DNA from: Chloroflexota bacterium
GTDB taxonomy: Bacteria > Chloroflexota > Dehalococcoidia > UBA2979
Assembly (NCBI GenBank): GCA_027593235.1
Contig: JAQCIU010000064.1
Span: 1 to 10,559 of the forward strand
Reading direction: 5' to 3'
Length of the DNA stretch: 10,559 bases
Positions within the stretch are counted from its first letter, which is position 1, and every line of letters starts with the position of its first letter. Under the pieces are notes generated by a model. That model did not search any database. It was not told where the DNA came from and saw nothing but the letters and a program-made list of their open reading frames with translations. Both the position numbers and the translations under genes were made by a program. This document shows, piece by piece, positions 1 through 8,096 of the stretch.

Positions 1-2
1 CA

Positions 3-833
3 ATGAAACCAATCCCCCTCGACGCCTTCCCAACCCCCCTCCAAGGCACAATCGACGCCCACGCCCACACCTGGGACCCCCAACTCCTCGCCGACCGCCC
101 CGCCGTCCTCAACCGCGCCTGGACCGCCGGCCTGGAAGCCATCATCGAGGTCGGCTGCGACGTCCCCACCTCCCGCTCCGCGCTCGCACTCGCCCAGCAA
201 GACCCCCGCGTCCACCCCGTCGTCGGCCTCCACCCCCACGAGGCCCAACACCTCGAGGCACAGCGCGCCGACCTCGAAACCCTCGCCGCCAGCGGCGACT
301 TCGTCGCCGTCGGCGAAATCGGCCTCGACTTCTTTCGCAACATCTCCCCGCCGGACCAGCAGGACACCGCCTTCCGCTGGCAGCTCCAGCTCGCCAGGAC
401 CCACGATCTCCCCGTCGTCATCCACTCCCGCGACGCCGATGACGCCACCTACGCCATCCTCAAGGACTGGGCGGCGCGGGTCGGCCGCTACCTCGGCGCC
501 GACCGCGAGATCGGCATGCTCCACTGCTTCGCCGGCGACGCGGAGTTGGCCGCGCGCTACCTCGAACTCGGGTTCCTCATCTCCGTCCCCGGCACCGTTA
601 CCTATCCGAACAATGACCGAGGTCAAAGCGTGGCGCGGTCAGTGCCGCTCGCAGGTATGCTCTTGGAGACGGACTGCCCGTACTTGACCCCGGTCCCCTT
701 CCGGGGCCGGCGCAACGAACCCGCTTGCGTGGTCGAAACGGCGCGATTCGTGGCAAAGTGTCGGGGCGAAGCGCCCCAGCTCGTGGCGACCGCCACCGCT
801 GAGAACGCGCGCCGTCTCTTCGCGATCGGATGA
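3..833 (+). CDS. tatD: TatD family metal-dependent hydrolase/DNase
   Basis: All TatD motifs in order: IDAHAH, VGLHPH, GEIGLDF, IHSRDA, HCF, LLETDCPYL, GRRNEP, and C-terminal ENARRLF. The start is at the window edge, so upstream signals cannot be checked. Confidence 0.95.
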   Translation: MKPIPLDAFPTPLQGTIDAHAHTWDPQLLADRPAVLNRAWTAGLEAIIEVGCDVPTSRSALALAQQDPRVHPVVGLHPHEAQHLEAQRADLETLAASGDFVAVGEIGLDFFRNISPPDQQDTAFRWQLQLARTHDLPVVIHSRDADDATYAILKDWAARVGRYLGADREIGMLHCFAGDAELAARYLELGFLISVPGTVTYPNNDRGQSVARSVPLAGMLLETDCPYLTPVPFRGRRNEPACVVETARFVAKCRGEAPQLVATATAENARRLFAIG

Positions 834-887
834 CCGATACCGGTTCGCGGTCGGACGCCCGACGAGCGTCCGCGGGAGCAGCAACAG

Positions 888-2318
888 ATGACGATGGCGA
901 CCAGCCGCGACGTTGAACACGGCCTCGTCGGCGGCGTGTGCGCCGGCATTGCCTCCCGCTACCGCTACCCCATCCCCGCCGTGCGCGCCGCCACCGTCGC
1001 GCTCTCCGTCGCCACCGCTGGCCTCGGCGGCATCGCCTACCTCGCGCTCTGGCGCGCCCTGCCCTCCGGCAGCTCGCCGCGCGGCGCCCTGCTCACCACC
1101 ATCGAGGACGATGGCGCCCCAGCGCCCACCCCGTTCAGCGACACCATCGTCACCCTCGAGGCCCCAGCTACCACCGAGGCCCCAGCTACCAGCGAATCCA
1201 CCGAGGCCATCGAGTCAACCGAGACCCCCGCGCCAACCGAGACATCGACCTCCGCCGCCGACCCAATGCTCGCACCGGTCCGCTCCACCCAGGCCGCCGC
1301 CGGAACCCGCATCACCCCGCAGGCGAAGAGCGCCACCACCAGTCCTCCGAGCGTCCAATCGCTGTACGGCCCCGTCGCCCAGGACCTCCCGCTCGTCCGA
1401 GAGCAGATCGGTGCCGTCGCCCGCGGCGTCGGCTTCGACTTCCTCGAACGCATGCTCGAACAGCAGCTCGCCACCACCGGCAAGCTCATGCGCCCCGCCA
1501 TCGCCCTGCTCGCCGGCCGCCTCGGCGACTACAACCTCGACCGCATCGTCCCGCTCGCCGCCAGCGTCGAGCTGCTCCACACCGCCACCCTCGTCCACGA
1601 CGACGTCATCGACGAAGCCGACCAGCGTCGAGGTAACGACACCGCCAACTCCCTCTTCGGCAACTCCGCCAGCGTCATGCTCGGCGACTACATGTTCGCC
1701 AACTCCGCAGACCTCATCGCCCGCACCAACAACATCCAGGTCGTCCAGAACTTCGCCGCCACCCTCATGATGATCGTCCGCGGTGAACTCAACCAGGACG
1801 TCACCGTCTTCGAATACTCAGAAGACGTGCAGCGCTACCTCGACCGCATCATCGGCAAAACCGCCAGCCTCTTCGCCACCGCTGCCGAGAACGGCGCCCT
1901 CGTCTGCAACGCCCCTGCCGACCAGGTCGCCGCCATGCGCGAATACGGCATGAAGCTCGGCATCGCCTTCCAAATCGTCGACGACATCCTCGACTTCACC
2001 GGCGACCCCGCAGTCATGGGCAAACCCGCCGTCGGCTCAGACCTCCGAGGCGGCACCCTCACCCTCCCCGCCATCCTCTACATGCAGGCCGAACCCAACG
2101 ACAACCCCATCAAACGCGCCTTCGCCGGCCAACGCCGCCAGGCCAACCTCGACCGCGCCATCGCCGACATCCTCGCCGGCCCCTACATCACCGAAACCAT
2201 CGAAACCGCCCACCGCTTCGGCCGCGAAGCCCGCGAAGCGCTCTCCGCGCTCCCCCCCGGCGAAACCCGAGACACCCTCGCCGCCCTCGTCGACTACGTC
2301 CTCGATAGGGATTCGTAG
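888..2318 (+). CDS. PspC-like domain fused to a long-chain trans-polyprenyl diphosphate synthase (HepT/IspB-like)
   Basis: The C-terminal part has GKLMRP, FARM HDDVID (DDxxD at 1599-1613), RRG, GKTA, SARM FQIVDDILD (1980-1994) and GKPAVGSDL. The N-terminal about 58 aa match the PspC pattern (GVCAGIA...VR...hydrophobic stretch...YLALWRALP). GGGAG at 874-878 precedes the ATG at 888. There is no stop codon between the domains. Confidence 0.9.
   Translation: MTMATSRDVEHGLVGGVCAGIASRYRYPIPAVRAATVALSVATAGLGGIAYLALWRALPSGSSPRGALLTTIEDDGAPAPTPFSDTIVTLEAPATTEAPATSESTEAIESTETPAPTETSTSAADPMLAPVRSTQAAAGTRITPQAKSATTSPPSVQSLYGPVAQDLPLVREQIGAVARGVGFDFLERMLEQQLATTGKLMRPAIALLAGRLGDYNLDRIVPLAASVELLHTATLVHDDVIDEADQRRGNDTANSLFGNSASVMLGDYMFANSADLIARTNNIQVVQNFAATLMMIVRGELNQDVTVFEYSEDVQRYLDRIIGKTASLFATAAENGALVCNAPADQVAAMREYGMKLGIAFQIVDDILDFTGDPAVMGKPAVGSDLRGGTLTLPAILYMQAEPNDNPIKRAFAGQRRQANLDRAIADILAGPYITETIETAHRFGREAREALSALPPGETRDTLAALVDYVLDRDS
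1157..1250 (+). repeat. In-frame 18-bp tandem repeat decaying to 9-bp periodicity in the PspC-synthase linker
   Basis: CGAGGCCCCAGCTACCA occurs at 1157-1173 and 1175-1191, followed by degenerate units. It encodes EAPATT-EAPATS-ESTEAI-ESTETP-APTETS. Confidence 0.85.
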
Positions 2319-2321
2319 ACC

Positions 2322-2361
2322 AGCGAACTTCCTTTATCCTATTGCTACCCATCAGTTCGCT
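2322..2361. promoter_or_regulatory. 8-bp inverted repeat enclosing an AT-rich spacer with a -10-like hexamer, upstream of the STAND gene
   Basis: AGCGAACT (2322-2329) and AGTTCGCT (2354-2361) flank 24 nt containing TATCCT (2335-2340). A GAGG ribosome-binding-site-like motif at 2389-2392 lies 7 nt before ATG 2400. Confidence 0.4.
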
Positions 2362-2399
2362 TCGGCTTCGGGCACCTGTGTTTGCCTTGAGGTTTAACG

Positions 2400-5300
2400 A
2401 TGACAAGGCCTGGCGGTGTTGCTGACAAGTTGGGCAACGAATACGAGGGGCTGTGGACGGCCTCCGCACTGCTCGATGTCCTCGACGGTGAATTCGACGG
2501 ACTTGTGGTCGAGCCGATCTCCGAAGAAGGAGACGGCGTTGAATATTTACTGACGGGGTCATCAGCTCACGAGTACTACTCGATCAAGCGGAGGCGCTCG
2601 GATGGCCGCGAGTGGAGTCCCGCAGCACTCTTGAATGAGAAGGCGCTCAACGGGCGGAGCGTCATCGGGGACCTCTTCGCGAAGTTGGCGCTCAGTGACT
2701 CGACGTCCGCCGTGTTCGCCTACGGGACCAGTGCATCTCGTTTCCGCGAGATCACTGATCGGGCCAGAAACGCCCCAGACGATCAAACGTTCGAGAAGCT
2801 AATTGCGGGTAGCGATCAGCTATCAGCGGACTTTCACGATCGAATACAGCCCGCACTCGTGTTCGCGGGACTGGTGCCCCGCGATGCTTTAGGGCGCCTG
2901 CGTCTTAAGACCGCGGATGATGCAACGCTCCGGGCGAGCCTTGACCAGAGGATCCGCGCCCGCTTCCGCATGCGTGCCAGCACCAACATCGACTCGCTTT
3001 TGGTGCAGGCAGTGCTGGCCGATCTGATACTCGCCAACTTCGGACGGCGGATCACGGCTAATGAGATCTGGTCAGCTCTCGACGAACACGACATCGTTGC
3101 AAGAGCCTGGGGGCCGGGTGAAAGGGAGCGTATCGAGTCGATCACTGATGCCTTTCTGTCGTCCGTCGAGGCGCTGTCCATCAACGGAAACAGCATTCCG
3201 CGTACCGTAGCCCAGGACGTTAGCTCCGCGATCCTCGCCGAAGCAAAGTGGGTGATGATCGAGGGCGCTGCCGGCGCTGGCAAGAGCAACGTCCTCGCTC
3301 AAGTTGCGCGAGAACTGAAGCGACAGGGCGTCACGTGCCTCACCATCAGACTCGACACTGTTTCCGGGAGCGTGTCATCTCGGCGGCTCGGTGAAGCGAT
3401 CGGACTGCCTGATTCGCCAGCGTTGGTGCTGGGAGAAATCGAACTTGGGCGACCGGCGGTGCTCCTCATCGACCAAGTCGATGCGATCAGTGTTGTATCG
3501 GGCCGAAATCCGTCGCTTCAGGTCGCCGTAGACGAGATCCTATCCGAGGCTCAGCGGTACCCCCGATCTCCGGCTCGTTTTTGCCTCACGAACGTTTGAT
3601 CTGGAGAACGATCCACGACTGAGACGACTCGCAAACGACGCGGCACGCGTGACGCGTTTGCCAGTACCGCCGCTCTCGCGCGACGACGTCGCCGAAGCTT
3701 TACGAGCGGCAGGGCTCGATCCAGCTACGCTGACGGACCAACAGATTGAGATAATCCGCAATCCCTTGCATTTATACCTTCACCTTGAAGGCCCGCCGGG
3801 CAATACCAGCTTCGCCTCGGCGGGCGCCTTGTTCGACGCGTTCTGGGACGAGAAGCGCCGCCGAATTGACTCGACTGTGGGTGGGGGGGCTTTGCCGAGA
3901 GCGTCGCGAAGCTCAGCGAAACGCTGAGCCAACGGCGGACTCTAGAGGCCCCACTGCACTTGATGGATTCAATCACCGCGACGCTCGATGTCATCGCATC
4001 AGAATCCGTCGTCCTTCACAGCGATCACGGGGTTCGGTTCTTTCATGAGTCGTTCTTTGACTATGCATTCGCCCGCAGCTTCGCGGCGGCCGGCGAGGAT
4101 CCGATTGCGTGGCTGAAGAGCGGAACTCAGTCTCTTTTCCGACGGTCTCAGCTACGCCAAATCATCGCGTTCATGCGAGAACGGGACCGAGAACAGTACT
4201 ACCGAGCTCTAAGAGCAATATTCTCCGATCCCGAGATCCGGTTTCATCTCAAGAAGATGGTTCTCCAGTGGCTGTCAACCGTCGACGATCCAACGGGGGT
4301 CGAATGGGGCATCGTCGAGGACTGTACCGAGGTGCTGACACCGCATCATTGGAGCCTTGTCGGAGCCTCGACCGCCTGGTTTGACGTCGTGAATGGACTG
4401 GGCCGTCCGACCGCCTGGCTTGAGTCTGACAACCCTTCGGTCGTCGACGCGGCTGTCTCCGCAATATCGATGCCCTCGATCACCAAGAGACGACCGGAAG
4501 AGGTCGCCAAGATCTTCGAGGCGTTCGTCGGTCGAGGTCCGGATTGGGACGCTCGCCTAAGCTGGCTGATGGATCGCGTGGCATTACATGAGCCCTGCTT
4601 CGCCGACCTGTTCCAAACACTAACTGAGGTGGGCAGTCTCGATTCGAGAATCGCCCCCCAGACCCACGGTCTCGATTGGTGGTCGATGCTGTACTCGGCG
4701 GCGGCTATCGCTCCTCAATCGACCGCGGCAGCCATCGGCGCCTGGTTCGACCGCCGTCTTGCTTTGGGAGAAGCGGCTGATGAGGCAGACCCGTTTCACA
4801 GTCGCGACGGGAACGGTCTCGGCCAACACAGTCAGTGGAGCTTCGAAGTCATCCAGAGGTCGGCGGAAGGCGCCCCCCGGGAGTTTGCCGATGCCTTGTT
4901 CCCGAGGATCTCGTCCATGGCTACTGCGACGAACGGGGAAGGCTGGTTCCTCACCACGAACCCCGAACTTTCCGATCCCTTCGACCAGATCGTGGACGCA
5001 ACCGCGAGGGCGCTCGCGCGGCTCGCTGAGACAAGCCCAGCTGAGTTCCGCAACCTCGTGTCCACGTCGGTCCAGCATTCACCCCCGCCTACAGCCGCCC
5101 TATTGATGCGCGGCTGGGTCGGCAATGCTCAAGCGTTCGCCGAGGAGATCATCGAATTCGTCCTCAAGGACCCCACTGAACGACTGACCCTCGGTTACGA
5201 CATCGGTGGCAGCGGGTCCGACATCTCGCGCGCAGCCATCTGGGCTGCTACCGCCCATTGCTCTCGAGAAAGCCTGGATCGCCTTTCGGAAGCCCTGATC

Positions 5301-5900
5301 TATTTCACCCCGCCTTGGGAAGTCACCAACGGACGGTGGCGGGGGTCGACCGAACTGTCGCTGGCGTATGCGGTCGTTCCACAAAGAAGAACGGAAAAGC
5401 TGATAGCTCGAATTCAGGAACTTGAGCGGAAGTTCCCGAATCGCGCAGATGCGCCGCCACCGCCGGAACCGTCACCCGGCATCACCACCGTGATGGTCAG
5501 TTCGCCGCTGCCGGAGCAGGCGTACGAGCAGATGAGCGACGAACAGTGGCTCAACGCGATGCGACGCTACTCGAACGATTAGAGCTCAGGCGGTGGTGAG
5601 GAGCTCCGGGGTGGAGCCGTCGAGCTTTCGCGAGAATTTCAGCGAATCGTGACGACCAGTACTGATCGCTTCGTCTCACTAGGCGAGCTGATGGATGCTG
5701 AGCTCAATCACCACTACTTCGCCGCGCTCATCGATGGACTTGTGCCTATCGGACAGCCACGGGTCGGGACCCCGTCCGAGATCGTTCGGGTCCTCCGGCG
5801 GGCTCGATCTCTGTCCAAGCCGGAACTCTCGTCAGCCATCGCGCGAGGAATCGGTGCTGGCCGCGATGCCGCACGCCACAGTGCCGCAAAACGATCATGG
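2400..5900 (+). pseudogene. Interrupted nuclease-STAND NTPase-helical repeat gene (Avs/AVAST-like anti-phage protein)
   Basis: ORFs 2400-3599, 3649-3927, 3960-5582 and the first about 75 codons of 5649-7628 join into one gene. The N-terminus GGVADKLGNEYE..W...DGVEY...EYYSIKR resembles a PD-(D/E)xK nuclease. Walker A GAAGAGKS is at 3264-3287, Walker B VLLIDQVD at 3459-3482, and a winged-helix-type FFHESFFDYAFAR follows. Lesions: +1 in C5 at 3560-3564, -1 in G7 at 3883-3889, TAG at 5580-5582. The 3' boundary is approximate. Confidence 0.8.
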
Positions 5901-5966
5901 TTCAGCTCATCCCCCACCCAGGGATCCCGAACCCAAACCTCCCCCCTCCCCTCGATGCCAACTCTC

Positions 5967-6002
5967 TCGACACCCCCATCCGAGGTCCGCTACATTCTGC
6001 CG
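5967..6002 (+). promoter_or_regulatory. Sigma70-type promoter predicting a leaderless GMC transcript
   Basis: TCGACA (5967-5972, 5/6 match to TTGACA), 18-nt spacer, TACATT (5991-5996), then 6 nt to ATG 6003. No Shine-Dalgarno sequence is present. Confidence 0.65.
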
Positions 6003-7628
6003 ATGCCAAACGAGCCCGTAGGCGTCTTGATCATCGGTGCCGGTGCATCCGGCGGTGCCTTCGCCTGGAGCATCGCCGACGCCGGCATGTCCGTCCTCTG
6101 CCTCGAGCAGGGCCCGTGGATGCGGCAGTCCGACTACCCCACCAACACCATGGACTGGGAGTCCCGCGGCGCCACCGAGTTCTCCCCCAACCCCAACACC
6201 CGCATCACCGCGCGTGAGGGCACAACCGGGGGCCCCGCCGACTACCCAGTTAACGCCGACGGCACCCCGATCAAGCCCGTCATGTTCAACGCCGTCGGCG
6301 GCAGCACCATCCTCTGGGCCGCCCACTTCCCCAGGTTCACCCCGCGCGACTTCCGAGTCCGCACCGACGACGGCGTCGCCGACGACTGGCCCATCACCTA
6401 CGAAACCCTCGAACCCTTCTACGCCCTCAACGACCAGATGACCGGCGTCTCCGGCCTCGCCGGCGACCCCGCCTACCCGTACCACGAACCCCCGCTGCCA
6501 CCCCTGCCAATCGGCGCCACCGGCAACGCCCTCGCCCGAGGTTTTGAAAAGCTCGGCTGGCACTGGTGGCCCTCCGACAGCGCGATCATTTCGCAGAACT
6601 ACAACGGCCGCGAAGCCTGCATCAACCTCTCCTCCTGCGGCTCCGGCTGCACCCATGGGGCGAAGGCCAGCACCGACATCACCTACTGGCCGTACGCCCA
6701 GCGCAAAGGCGTCGAGCTCCGAACCGGCTGCCGCGTCCGCGAGATCACCGTCGGCGAGAACGGCATGGCCGACGGCGTCCGCTACTACGACGAGGACGGC
6801 GTCCTCCAGGAGCAAAAGGCCGAAATCGTCGTCGTCGCCTCCAATGGGATCGGCACGCCTCGGCTGCTGCTCAACTCCGCCAGCGAGCGGCACCCCGACG
6901 GCCTCGCCAACAGCAGCGGCCTCGTCGGCAAGAACCTGATGTTCCACCCCTACGCCCGCATCCGCGGCGTCTTCCCCGAACCGATGGAAGGCAAAGGCCC
7001 CGGCGGCTGCTCCATCTGGAGCCACGAGTTCTACGAGACCGACCGCTCCCGAGGCTTCGTCCGCGGCTACTCCTACGAGATGTCGCGCGGCGCCGGCCCC
7101 GCCGCCACCGCCGTCGGCGGCGCCGCCCGTGGCGACATCCCCTGGGGCCCCGGCCACCACGACGCCTTCGACGCCCTCCACAACCACACCGCCGGCATGG
7201 TCGGCATCACCGAAGACCTCCCTGACGAAGCCAACACCGTCACCCTCGACCCCGACCTGAAGGACAGCAGCGGCATCCCCGCCCCGAAGATCACCTACAC
7301 CCTCAGCGAGAACAGCCGCCGCCAGCTCGCCCACGCCGTCGAGCGCGGCGACGAAGTCCTCCGCGCCGCCGGAGCCACCGACACCTGGTTCGAATCCCCC
7401 ATCGAGCAGGCCGGCTGGCACCTGATGGGCACCGCCCGCATGGGCACCGACCCGAAGACCTCGGTGGTCAACGAGTGGGGGCGCTCCCACGACGTGAAGA
7501 ACCTCTTCATTATCGACGGCAGCATCTTCGTCACCTCGGCGGGTGTGAACCCCACCTCGACGATCCAGGCGCTCGCGCTCTACATCGCCGACTCGATCAA
7601 GCGGAACATCGGGAACCTGTTCGACTGA
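6003..7628 (+). CDS. GMC family FAD-dependent oxidoreductase (glucose/gluconate dehydrogenase flavoprotein-like large subunit)
   Basis: Starting at MPNEPVGVLIIGAGASGG places the Rossmann GxGxxG motif about 12 aa in, as usual. Other motifs: VGGSTILW, DWPITYETLEPFY, CINLSSCGSGC, GTPRLLLNS, VGKNLMFH, HLMGTARMG, GVNPTSTIQALA. The ORF-track start at 5649 is rejected. Confidence 0.93.
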   Translation: MPNEPVGVLIIGAGASGGAFAWSIADAGMSVLCLEQGPWMRQSDYPTNTMDWESRGATEFSPNPNTRITAREGTTGGPADYPVNADGTPIKPVMFNAVGGSTILWAAHFPRFTPRDFRVRTDDGVADDWPITYETLEPFYALNDQMTGVSGLAGDPAYPYHEPPLPPLPIGATGNALARGFEKLGWHWWPSDSAIISQNYNGREACINLSSCGSGCTHGAKASTDITYWPYAQRKGVELRTGCRVREITVGENGMADGVRYYDEDGVLQEQKAEIVVVASNGIGTPRLLLNSASERHPDGLANSSGLVGKNLMFHPYARIRGVFPEPMEGKGPGGCSIWSHEFYETDRSRGFVRGYSYEMSRGAGPAATAVGGAARGDIPWGPGHHDAFDALHNHTAGMVGITEDLPDEANTVTLDPDLKDSSGIPAPKITYTLSENSRRQLAHAVERGDEVLRAAGATDTWFESPIEQAGWHLMGTARMGTDPKTSVVNEWGRSHDVKNLFIIDGSIFVTSAGVNPTSTIQALALYIADSIKRNIGNLFD

Positions 7629-8074
7629 TGAGCACAGACACCGCCGCCCACCCCGCGCTCGACGACACCGCCTTCTTCGCCGCGTTCGTCGACACGCTGA
7701 TCCCGCCCAGTGCCGCGTCCGAATCGCGTGGCAAGCTCCCCGGCGCCGGTAGTCTCGGACTCGCTCCGGGCGTGGCGGCCGCGATCCGGTCGAGCGCCCA
7801 GCTCGCGCCGGTCGTCGAGGCCGGGTTGGCGGCGATCCGCAGCGAGGGCTTCGCAGCCCTCGAACTCTCGCGGCGCGTCGAACTGGTCGAAGCCCAACTC
7901 ACCGCGCATCCGGATTTGATCCGCGCGGTCACGACGCCGCTCTACTACGCCTACTACCAGCACCCGACGGTGCTGATTGGCCTCGGAGTGCCGCCCCGCC
8001 CGCCGTTCCCGGAGGGGTACGAGGTCGAGGCGACCGACCCGGAGCTGTTGGCCCTGCTTCGCTCTCGCGCGTAG
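7628..8074 (+). CDS. Gluconate 2-dehydrogenase subunit 3-like small partner protein (148 aa)
   Basis: The ATG overlaps the GMC stop (TGATG at 7626-7630), implying translational coupling. DTLIP...PGAGSLG and YYAYYQHP..LIGLG..P.P..P.GY fit the small subunits that accompany GMC dehydrogenases. Confidence 0.75.
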   Translation: MSTDTAAHPALDDTAFFAAFVDTLIPPSAASESRGKLPGAGSLGLAPGVAAAIRSSAQLAPVVEAGLAAIRSEGFAALELSRRVELVEAQLTAHPDLIRAVTTPLYYAYYQHPTVLIGLGVPPRPPFPEGYEVEATDPELLALLRSRA

Positions 8075-8096
8075 CCGCCGCGAGCACCCTCGTCGG

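Larger units (their letters stand above)
2319..5900. mobile_element. Putative horizontally acquired single-gene islet (no integrase or transposase visible)
   Basis: Codon usage changes abruptly from the near-universal C-ending codons of the flanking genes to mixed usage with many A/T-ending codons, then reverts near 5900-6000. Judged by eye, not computed. No target-site duplication found. Confidence 0.55.

Noticed and set aside
3-833. TatD as a defence component (QatD-like) partnered with the STAND gene
   Set aside because: It looks like the ordinary housekeeping TatD with mostly host-type codons, is separated from the islet by the synthase gene, and no other Qat components are present.
2300-6002. 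Target-site duplication or att sites bounding the islet
   Set aside because: Only trivial short matches such as CTCGAT were found by eye, with no duplicated gene end, integrase or transposase.
5907-7490. 527-aa antisense ORF and other long alternative-frame ORFs (913-1770, 938-1636, 6566-7225, 8231-8854, 9663-10187, 10119-10547)
   Set aside because: These are shadow ORFs expected from high GC and strong third-position bias. They have low-complexity translations and overlap well-supported genes.
7475-7627. Longer start for the small subunit
   Set aside because: It overlaps the conserved GMC C-terminus; the TGATG overlap at 7626-7630 is a better start.
5649-7628. 659-aa ORF as a genuine N-terminally extended GMC enzyme
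   Set aside because: The first 118 codons are STAND-gene remnant plus low-complexity intergenic sequence containing a good promoter. The FAD-binding motif fits a start at 6003.
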